From positions 391-64,390 of the forward strand of contig JBAXRT010000001.1 of NCBI GenBank assembly GCA_037131065.1: 64,000 bases of DNA. Reading direction: 5' to 3'. The notes beneath the pieces were generated by a model. That model was not told the origin of the DNA. It did no database searches and saw only the letters and a list, made by a program, of their open reading frames with translations. Shown here piece after piece: positions 1 to 7,505 of the stretch. This DNA comes from a bacterium (GTDB lineage: Bacteria; Bacteroidota; Bacteroidia; Bacteroidales; FEN-979). Within the stretch, counting starts at the first letter, position 1; each line of letters opens with the position of its first letter. The position numbers and the translations under genes were made by a program.

Positions 1-49
1 ACCTCGCTGCCAGGATCAGCAAAGAGTAAGGGACGGTTACTCTTATCAT
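1..49 (-). CDS. Possible 5' end of a leftward gene running off the window (only 16 codons visible)
   Basis: Reverse-strand ATG at 49..47 followed by MIRVTVPYSLLILAAR, a hydrophobic signal/TM-like N-terminus. It is open to the window edge but too short to verify. Confidence 0.25.
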   Translation of the reverse strand, partial: MIRVTVPYSLLILAAR

Positions 50-171
50 AATATGAATGGTTGATTTAAAGTATGTTCAAAGGATAAAGTAAAGAAAAAA
101 ATATGGTATGAGCAAGAAATAATATTTTTTTCTGAACGACCCCCGAAATGTTATTTTTTGTTAAAACGAAC

Positions 172-185
172 ATGAAATATTTCAT
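172..185. promoter_or_regulatory. Perfect 14-bp palindrome ATGAAATATTTCAT in the AT-rich region upstream of the respiratory cluster (candidate operator)
   Basis: Exact inverted repeat read directly from the sequence, about 145 bp upstream of the ATG at 329. No regulator family assigned. Confidence 0.25.
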
Positions 186-328
186 ATTTACAAATATAGA
201 TTAGTGCTTTATTTAATTTTACCGCCAGAATTTTTCAGCCAGAACCTACCTCGCGGCGCCTTGTTCAAATTTCTTTCTGATTTGATTTGTTTTTTCCCAT
301 TTGTATACATATACAGATTGAAATATTT

Positions 329-1279
329 ATGAACAGAAAAAAAACTGAAGGCCAGTCCAGGCGCAGATTTTTGAAAATGGGGATTGCAGCCGGTTCCGGG
401 GTCGTGCTCGGAGGAAGTGTCCTTGCAGCCATCTCGAAAGGTGCCGATCCAGGATCGGGTGAAAAGATCAAGGCGCTGACCCCCGACGGCAAACTCGTGG
501 AGGTGGATAAGTCGCATTGCAAAGAGTGTCCCGCCACCGGTAAAGATGCCCGGCAGGGGCTCCCAAACAGGAAGATGGTGATGGTGATCGACCTGGCCCG
601 TTGCCGCAATGCCCGCAAATGTCTCGAAGGATGCCAGAAGATGCACAACCTTCCTCCCAACATCGAGTGGATCAAATTTTTCCTGCTCCGCGACAGCCCC
701 GATACCTCTCCCTACTGGTTTCCCAAACCCTGCTTCCAGTGCAACAACCCTCCCTGTGTAAAGGTGTGCCCGGTAGGAGCTACCTTCAAACGGTCCGACG
801 GCATCGTGCTGATCGACAACGACCGCTGCATCGGCTGCAAATTCTGTATGGCCGCCTGTCCCTATTCTTCGCGTGTATTCAACTGGACTGACCCGAATGA
901 GCTCCGACCGGCCCGCAACCAACCCTACTCGCCCGAAACAAGCGCTCCCGGAAAGGTCGGGACGGTGGGAAAATGCGATTTCTGCCCCGACATGGTCAGG
1001 ATCGGAAAACTGCCCTCCTGCGTCTCTTCCTGCCCTAATGGCGTGTTCTTCTATGGCGACAAGAACGAGGATGTCGTCACCAACGGAACCGAGACCGTGC
1101 GATTCAGTGAAATAATCCAGCAACGGTCGGCCTACCGCTTTATGGAGGAGCTTGGCACCGAGCCGGGAGTCTATTACCTCCCGCCGGTCAACCGTCTCTT
1201 CGACTACAAGGTCGGTTTCGAGGATCTCAGCCAGGAAGAGGTTGATCTTTACAAGAAAGAAGCACACATCAAAGATTAG
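329..1279 (+). CDS. Tat-exported four-cluster ferredoxin-type subunit (NrfC/PsrB/HybA/DmsB-like)
   Basis: Start trimmed to Met15 of the track ORF (ATG 329), which is followed by the twin-arginine motif SRRRFLKMG. Cys motifs present: CRNARKCLEGC, CFQCNNPPCVKVCP, CIGCKFCMAACP, CDFCP...CVSSCP. The stop lies 6 nt before the next gene. Confidence 0.85.
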   Translation: MNRKKTEGQSRRRFLKMGIAAGSGVVLGGSVLAAISKGADPGSGEKIKALTPDGKLVEVDKSHCKECPATGKDARQGLPNRKMVMVIDLARCRNARKCLEGCQKMHNLPPNIEWIKFFLLRDSPDTSPYWFPKPCFQCNNPPCVKVCPVGATFKRSDGIVLIDNDRCIGCKFCMAACPYSSRVFNWTDPNELRPARNQPYSPETSAPGKVGTVGKCDFCPDMVRIGKLPSCVSSCPNGVFFYGDKNEDVVTNGTETVRFSEIIQQRSAYRFMEELGTEPGVYYLPPVNRLFDYKVGFEDLSQEEVDLYKKEAHIKD

Positions 1280-1285
1280 GGAGGG

Positions 1286-3541
1286 ATGATGGATACCGAT
1301 AACAAAACACTCAGGAATTTCGAGGTCTTCAGGCCGCAGATCGAATCGGTGAGCACCCGCGGAAAGATCACCATCGCCGGGCTCGTGCTCGTCATCCTTT
1401 TCGGGTTGTATGCCCTTTACGTTCAGATGACAAAAGGACATGTCGTGACGGGTATGCGCGATTACGTCATCTGGGGATTGTACATTGTCAACTTCATCTT
1501 TTTCATCGGGATCAGTTATGCCGGCGCCCTTATTTCCGGGATCCTGCACCTGCTGAGGGTTCCCTGGCGCGCACCCATCATCCGGATGGCCGAAACCATC
1601 ACCGTGATCTCTACCATCATCGGTCCCTGCTATATCCTGCTCTGCATCGGCCGTCTCGACCGGCTTCACCATCTCCTGCTCTTCGGAAGGATACAGTCGC
1701 CGATTGCCTGGGATGTCATCGCGATCACGACCTATCTTACCGGAAGTATCATATTCCTTTACCTGGCCAGCATCCGCGACCTGGCATACCTGCGCGACCA
1801 TCCCGTGAGGGTTGCCCGCTGGCGCAACAAGGTTTACAAGTTCATGGCCGCCGGGTTCCGCGATACCCCGAAGCAGCGCACCCTGCTGAACCAGGTCACC
1901 GACCTGCTCTCCATCGTGATCATCCCCCTGGCTATCCTTGTTCACTCCGTTCTTGCCTGGATCTTCGGAATGACCCTTCGTCCCGGATGGCACAGCACCA
2001 TCTTCGCACCCTACTTTGTTGTTGCGGCCGTCTATTCCGGCACCGGCGTCCTCATCCTGGTGATGTGGGTCTTCCGGAAGATATACCACCTGGAGGCCTA
2101 TGTTACCAAGATCCACTTCACCTACCTCGGAATCCTGCTTATGATCCTGGGAGCGCTTTACGGTTATTTCACCTTCAGCGAATACCTGACAAGCTGGTAC
2201 GGATCAGTAAAATGGGATATGGAGGTCCTTTACCGCCTCTTCAACCCTTCCGATTACTGGTGGTGGTTCTTCTTTGCGGCATTTATCGGTGTATTGCTGC
2301 CAATCATCATTGTTGCCACACCAAGGTTCAGGAATATCAATTCCATTGCCTTCGCGGCATTTGTGGCTGTCATGGCCCTCTGGGTAAAACGCTACCTTAT
2401 CATCATTCCGACGCTGGAGGCACCGCTTTTACCGCTTCATGACCTCCGGCCCGAATTCGTGCACTACTCCCCAACCTGGGTAGAATGGGCGCTTACCTTC
2501 TCGGGGGTTGCTACCTTTCTGCTGCTGTTCTACCTCTTTTCAAAGTTCATCCCGATCATCCCTGTGGTGAGGGTAGGAGAGGAACGTGACTATTCAAAGC
2601 TTCGTATGATGGCGAAAGAGCGTTTCCTGCGACGTATGATGAAGCAGCTGAAAAGGGAAAAAAAGGCGATCGTTTCCGTGATCATCCTGGTTTGCTGCGC
2701 GGCATCCTTCAGCGTAAAGGCGCAGGATCCGGTAAAATCAAGATTAAAACTTGAGTATGCAAACAAATCCGGAATGAAAAGCCTTTTGGCCAGGATTACT
2801 GCCAGGATTGACGACAAAACGACCCCGCTGCCTGAGCTGAAAATTCGGTTTTATGCTGTTGCCGACACTTCAAAGGAGTTACTGGGCGAGATCGTGACAA
2901 GTGACGAGGGACGAGCCTTCGTTGAAATCCCATGCGGTAAGACATTTTTAAAAGACAAAGAGGGAAAATCGCACTACCTGGCCACTTTCGGAGGGACAAA
3001 GGAATTTATGCCGGCAGGGTCGGAGGTTTTCATCCGGGATGTTGTGATGCAGATGACCTTTTTTCAGAAAGATTCGACCAAACTGATCAGGATCCAGGCC
3101 ATGGAGATCGGCCCCAAAGGTGATACGCTCCCTGTGGAGGGTCCTAAGATCACCTTCTATGTCCCAAGAACCTTTTCCAACCTGAAGATAGGAGAGGGAC
3201 CTGTTAAGAACGGCCAGGCTGAGCTGGATTTCCCGGTGACCCTGCCGGGTGATTCGGCAGGAACACTGCCCATCCTCGCCAGGTTCGATGACAACGAGGA
3301 TTATGGAAATGCCGAGGTGAGCGGCGCCATCAACTGGGGCAAACAACTGCCTCCCATGTCGGTAACCCATCGCGGACTGGGCGACGTGGATGCCCCGCTC
3401 TGGATGGTATATACCCTGATCATCCTGCTGTCGCTGGTATGGTTCCATTATCTCTATGCAGTCATTACCGTCTTCCGCATCCGTTACCTGGGAAAAAAGG
3501 CGGAGACCGAGACCACACTTTCAAATCCAATCAATCAATAA
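1286..3541 (+). CDS. NrfD/PsrC-like polytopic quinone-interacting membrane subunit fused to a ~310-aa C-terminal extension
   Basis: The N-terminal ~440 aa is polytopic with NrfD-family character (…GHVVTGMRDYVIWGLYIVNFIFFIGISYAG…). A basic linker follows, then the signal-peptide-like segment KKAIVSVIILVCCAASFSVKAQ, a ~250-aa soluble-looking region and a final TM (PLWMVYTLIILLSLVWFHYLYAVITVF). GGAGG at 1280..1284. Confidence 0.8.
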   Translation: MMDTDNKTLRNFEVFRPQIESVSTRGKITIAGLVLVILFGLYALYVQMTKGHVVTGMRDYVIWGLYIVNFIFFIGISYAGALISGILHLLRVPWRAPIIRMAETITVISTIIGPCYILLCIGRLDRLHHLLLFGRIQSPIAWDVIAITTYLTGSIIFLYLASIRDLAYLRDHPVRVARWRNKVYKFMAAGFRDTPKQRTLLNQVTDLLSIVIIPLAILVHSVLAWIFGMTLRPGWHSTIFAPYFVVAAVYSGTGVLILVMWVFRKIYHLEAYVTKIHFTYLGILLMILGALYGYFTFSEYLTSWYGSVKWDMEVLYRLFNPSDYWWWFFFAAFIGVLLPIIIVATPRFRNINSIAFAAFVAVMALWVKRYLIIIPTLEAPLLPLHDLRPEFVHYSPTWVEWALTFSGVATFLLLFYLFSKFIPIIPVVRVGEERDYSKLRMMAKERFLRRMMKQLKREKKAIVSVIILVCCAASFSVKAQDPVKSRLKLEYANKSGMKSLLARITARIDDKTTPLPELKIRFYAVADTSKELLGEIVTSDEGRAFVEIPCGKTFLKDKEGKSHYLATFGGTKEFMPAGSEVFIRDVVMQMTFFQKDSTKLIRIQAMEIGPKGDTLPVEGPKITFYVPRTFSNLKIGEGPVKNGQAELDFPVTLPGDSAGTLPILARFDDNEDYGNAEVSGAINWGKQLPPMSVTHRGLGDVDAPLWMVYTLIILLSLVWFHYLYAVITVFRIRYLGKKAETETTLSNPINQ

Positions 3542-3579
3542 TCATACATTTATAAACTAAATCAAAAAAAGGAGGTTTT

Positions 3580-3987
3580 ATGAACATTACAAAAATGATC
3601 CGTCTCTTCGCCCTGTTGCTGCTGTGCAACGGCATGGTATTCATGGCAGTGGCACAGAAAGCCCAGAAATGGGTGGCACCGGCACAGTACAAGACGATGA
3701 AGAACCCGTCGGCCGGCAATGCCGAAAGCGTGAATACCGGCAAGGATCTCTACGCCAAGCATTGCAAATCCTGTCATGGCAAGGATGGCCTCGGCGACGG
3801 ACCGAAAGCCAGCTCTCTGGATGTATCCTGCAACGATTTCAGTACTGCAGCGTTCCAGGCCCAGACCGACGGAGAGATCTTTTACAAGATCACCCAGGGT
3901 AAAGACAAGATGCCGGCTTATGCCAAGACCTTGCCTGAAGATGCTGACCGCTGGGCACTGGTCAACTACATAAGGAAAATGAAGTAA
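3580..3987 (+). CDS. Periplasmic monohaem class I cytochrome c
   Basis: N-terminal signal peptide (MIRLFALLLLCNGMVFMAVAQ), a single CKSCH haem motif and a distal KMPAY Met ligand region. GGAGG at 3571..3575. Confidence 0.85.
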   Translation: MNITKMIRLFALLLLCNGMVFMAVAQKAQKWVAPAQYKTMKNPSAGNAESVNTGKDLYAKHCKSCHGKDGLGDGPKASSLDVSCNDFSTAAFQAQTDGEIFYKITQGKDKMPAYAKTLPEDADRWALVNYIRKMK

Positions 3988-4015
3988 CCGGCATGGTTTG
4001 GTCCGGATCGTATTC

Positions 4016-4049
4016 TTTTGGGTGGGGCTCTTCACAGCCCCACCCAAAA
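4016..4049. terminator. GC-rich stem-loop between the cytochrome c gene and the next gene (possible terminator, attenuator or RNA-stability element)
   Basis: 14-bp perfect stem TTTTGGGTGGGGCT / AGCCCCACCCAAAA with a 6-nt loop, extendable to about 19 bp with one bulge. No U-tract follows the stem in either orientation, so it is not a canonical intrinsic terminator. Confidence 0.4.
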
Positions 4050-4097
4050 AGAATATTGACTCATAATACATTCACTTTAACTTAAAGGAGAAACGCC

Positions 4098-5765
4098 ATG
4101 AATGAGTCTTATAATATTGGAAACCCGACCATTGATACAATCCTTGAAAAGATCAGGAACCTTGAAACACGAATTACTCAGCTTGAATCATCAAAAATTA
4201 CAAACCCTTCGATTCTGAATGGAGCAACCCATTCAACCGTACCCATACAATCCACTGAACCTCCCCACGGAGGAACCCTTGCCGAAGTCGATGAGGTGGT
4301 CATCGAATCCAAGGTTGTCGAATACGGACTAGCCTGGATCGGAAGTATAGTCCTGCTTTTCGGGATCATCTTTCTCCAGTCATTCACTCAGAACCACCTG
4401 AACGGCGTCATTGCCAGTATTACAGCCTTTACGGCAGTAGCCGGGGTATTCTTCCTCTCCTGGTACCTCCGGAATATGTTCCCGCACCTTTCGTTCATGC
4501 TTAAGATCAGCGGGCATCTGCTTGTTTACTATATCATCCTCAGGTTCTATTTTTTTACAGCCAACCCGATCATACCCTGGAAAGCCCCGGTGATCCTTCT
4601 GCTGATGATTGCCATCGGAGTTCAGATCTACTTTGCCATTCGTAAAAAGAATGAGCTCCTGGCAGCGATCGGAATGTTCCTTGTCATACTCACCGCCATG
4701 TTCAGCGACCAGACCCACCTCACCCTACCCCTGGTTACCCTCAGTGCGGCACTCTCTTTCCTGCTGTTCGTCCGTTACGGCTGGTGGCATACCCTTATCA
4801 TGACCATGATCCTCGTTTATCTTTCCCACATATTCTGGCTGCTGAACAACCCGCTGATGGGGCACCCGCTCGGGGCGGTGCACGCGCACCAGTTTAACCT
4901 GTTATACCTTTTTGCCTATGGCACCATCTTTTCACTGGTTCCCATGGTAAAAAAGCAGGACCATTTTCCAAACGGGATCTATGCCTCTGTCATCGTCATG
5001 AATGGTCTCTCCTTTTCACTTGTCCTTATGATGGTCGTCGCCTCCTTCTATGCGAACAATTATGTATGGATCTTCAGCATCATTGCAGTGATCTGCCTGT
5101 GCTACTCCATCTATCTTAAGTTCAGGACCACACGTATTTTCGACCCTTCATTCTTTGCCTGCTTCAGCTTTATGGCGATGAGCGTGGCCATCTACGGTTA
5201 TTCAAAACTTCCCGGCGCCTACCTGCTTCTCTCCCTGCAGAGTCTGTTGGTCGTTTCCTGGGCCCTCTGGTTCCGGTCGAAGATCATCGTGGTAATGAAC
5301 ACCATCCTTTTCATCGGGATGATGCTGGTGTACCTTGCTGCTGCCGAACCGCTGAACAAAGTCAATTTTGCCTTTGCACTTACCGCTTTCATCAGTGCCC
5401 GTGTCCTGAACTGGAAAAAGGAGCGGCTCACACTTCAGACCGATATGTTGCGGAACAGCTATCTCATCTCCCTCTTTTTTATCGTCCTTTTCGCACTCTA
5501 CCACGCCGTTCCCCCGCAATATGTTACGCCGTCGTGGACGGCTGCGGCCCTGTTCTACTTCATCATGAGCCTTATCCTTAAGAATGTAAAATACCGCTGG
5601 ATGGCAATTGCCACACTGATCGTAACGGCGGTTTACCTGTTTGTGGTAGACCTGGCGCATATGGAGGTCGGATACAGGGTGATTGCCTTCCTTTTCCTGG
5701 CATTTATTACCCTGGGAGCGTCCCTTTATTTCACCTTGAGGTTCAGGAAGAAACCAAAATCCTGA
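4098..5765 (+). CDS. Large polytopic membrane protein of unknown function (resembles DUF2339-type proteins)
   Basis: N-terminal coiled segment (ILEKIRNLETRITQLESS) followed by roughly 14 hydrophobic helices. AAGGAG at 4085..4090. The family assignment is from memory only. Confidence 0.55.
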   Translation: MNESYNIGNPTIDTILEKIRNLETRITQLESSKITNPSILNGATHSTVPIQSTEPPHGGTLAEVDEVVIESKVVEYGLAWIGSIVLLFGIIFLQSFTQNHLNGVIASITAFTAVAGVFFLSWYLRNMFPHLSFMLKISGHLLVYYIILRFYFFTANPIIPWKAPVILLLMIAIGVQIYFAIRKKNELLAAIGMFLVILTAMFSDQTHLTLPLVTLSAALSFLLFVRYGWWHTLIMTMILVYLSHIFWLLNNPLMGHPLGAVHAHQFNLLYLFAYGTIFSLVPMVKKQDHFPNGIYASVIVMNGLSFSLVLMMVVASFYANNYVWIFSIIAVICLCYSIYLKFRTTRIFDPSFFACFSFMAMSVAIYGYSKLPGAYLLLSLQSLLVVSWALWFRSKIIVVMNTILFIGMMLVYLAAAEPLNKVNFAFALTAFISARVLNWKKERLTLQTDMLRNSYLISLFFIVLFALYHAVPPQYVTPSWTAAALFYFIMSLILKNVKYRWMAIATLIVTAVYLFVVDLAHMEVGYRVIAFLFLAFITLGASLYFTLRFRKKPKS

Positions 5766-5964
5766 ACAGGGACAACACATTTTCATAATAACTTTCTTTG
5801 CTGCTTTTTTGGTGGTTTGTAATTAATTTTTAATTTTACTCCAACGGAGCAATATCCCGACATATGTTGTTATGTCCTGCAACCGGCTTGCGCACAAAAA
5901 TGTAACAGGCTATGCTTCAGAATTTTATGAATTTGCTGAAAAACAGATAATAAAAGTTACATAT

Positions 5965-5980
5965 TAATTCCCGGGAATTA
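5965..5980. promoter_or_regulatory. Perfect 16-bp palindrome TAATTCCCGGGAATTA abutting the start codon of the multihaem cytochrome gene
   Basis: Exact inverted repeat. Its last base is the A of the ATG at 5980. Confidence 0.3.
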
Positions 5981-7470
5981 TGAAAATGCCAAAATCGATC
6001 TCCAACTGGATCAGTATCATGGGTGCCCTCCTTGCCATCAACTCCTTCATCCTGATCGTCATCCTCTTTGTCCAGGCTCTGTTTTCTCAGCATCAGAACC
6101 CGTACAACGGGATGTTTACCTTTATCATTCTGCCCACGATCCTTGTCATCGGGCTGATCATGATCCCGGTGGGGATGCTCATAAAACGACTCCGCACGCG
6201 CGAAGACGACCAGCGCTGGCCCATTCTTGACATGAACAATTCAAGGCAGCGGCAGAAGTTGATCGTGGTATCCATCTTCATCTTTCTTTTTCTTATCGTA
6301 TCCGCTGTGGGAAGTTATGAGGCGTTTAACTATACCGAATCGGTGGAATTCTGCGGGAAGCTTTGTCATAAGGTGATGGAGCCGGAACATACAACTTACC
6401 TCCATTCCCCTCATGCACGCGTGGCCTGCGTCGAGTGTCATGTGGGAGAGGGTGCCAACTGGTATGTCAAATCCAAGCTTTCGGGGCTCTACCAGGTCTA
6501 CTCTGTCATCTTCAATAAATATTCTAGACCCATTGAAACACCACTCAAGAACCTGCGCCCGGCGCGTGAAACCTGCGAGCGTTGCCACTGGCCCCAGAAA
6601 TTCTATGCCCGCAAGCTTCGCAGCCAGCGGACCTACCTTACCGACTCACTTAACACCGAATGGAATTTCTCACTCATGATGAAGATCGGTCCCAGCCTGA
6701 GTCCGATGGGCCTCAAAGAGGGGATCCACTGGCATATCAACCCTGATGTACGGATTGAATATGTTGCCTCGACCAGGGACCGGGAAACAATCCCCTGGGT
6801 AAAGATGACCAATATCAAAACGGGCGATGTTCAGATATTCCAGGATACGGAAAACGTGGTGGATAAGAAATCGCTCGATACCCTCGAACACAGGATCATG
6901 GACTGCATGGATTGCCACAATCGTCCTTCCCACTCCTATAAATCCGCCATGGTTTATACCGACAACGCCATGATCTCCGGGGCCGTCCCCAAGGATCTGC
7001 CCTTTATCAAAAAGGTTGCGATGAACGTTCTGAAAGGACCCTTTACCAACAAGGACTCAGCCCTCAGGTACATAAGCGACAGCATTACCAACTTCTATAG
7101 AATGGGATATCCTTCGATCTACGCGGAAAAGAAGGCATCGGTAGAAAAGGCCATCAAGGGGATCCAGGATGAATTCGTGTTGAATGTTTTCCCTTATATG
7201 CGGGTCTCTGCTTCGAGCTACCTGAACCACATCGGCCATCTTGAGTCCGACGGCTGTTTCCGTTGCCACTCAGGAAAGCACAAGAGCGACAAGGGGAAGA
7301 TCATCTCCAAGGATTGCAACATGTGCCATACGATTGTTGCCCAGGGTTCGTCCTCCAACATGCAATATACCACGATGGACAAGGAGATGGAGTTCGTCCA
7401 CCCGATCGACGTGAAAGACAACTGGAAAACCTATTTCTGTACCGAGTGTCACAGGATTCTTTATCCTTAG
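5980..7470 (+). CDS. Membrane-anchored multihaem cytochrome c, NapC/NirT-related, ImcH-like architecture
   Basis: Three N-terminal TM helices followed by seven haem-type motifs: CGKLCH (CX3CH), CVECH, CERCH, CMDCH, CFRCH, CNMCH, CTECH. The first motif lies in the NapC/NirT-like context ESVEFC…CH. Confidence 0.8.
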   Translation: MKMPKSISNWISIMGALLAINSFILIVILFVQALFSQHQNPYNGMFTFIILPTILVIGLIMIPVGMLIKRLRTREDDQRWPILDMNNSRQRQKLIVVSIFIFLFLIVSAVGSYEAFNYTESVEFCGKLCHKVMEPEHTTYLHSPHARVACVECHVGEGANWYVKSKLSGLYQVYSVIFNKYSRPIETPLKNLRPARETCERCHWPQKFYARKLRSQRTYLTDSLNTEWNFSLMMKIGPSLSPMGLKEGIHWHINPDVRIEYVASTRDRETIPWVKMTNIKTGDVQIFQDTENVVDKKSLDTLEHRIMDCMDCHNRPSHSYKSAMVYTDNAMISGAVPKDLPFIKKVAMNVLKGPFTNKDSALRYISDSITNFYRMGYPSIYAEKKASVEKAIKGIQDEFVLNVFPYMRVSASSYLNHIGHLESDGCFRCHSGKHKSDKGKIISKDCNMCHTIVAQGSSSNMQYTTMDKEMEFVHPIDVKDNWKTYFCTECHRILYP

Positions 7471-7505
7471 CACTCGTCACTCTTAAATCGTCACTCGTCA
7501 CTCAA
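7471..7505. repeat. Heptamer tandem array, 5 units: CACTCGT CACTCTT AAATCGT CACTCGT CACTCAA
   Basis: Read directly. It fills the gap between convergent genes. The stop codon of the minus-strand gene (7498..7500) lies inside the array. Confidence 0.85.

Noticed and set aside
209-2116. 635-aa ORF on the minus strand, the longest unassigned ORF at the left end
   Set aside because: It lies entirely antisense to the motif-supported Fe-S (Tat signal, four Cys clusters) and NrfD-like genes. Its translation is G/D/P/H/R-rich low complexity with no recognisable motif. It is a shadow ORF.
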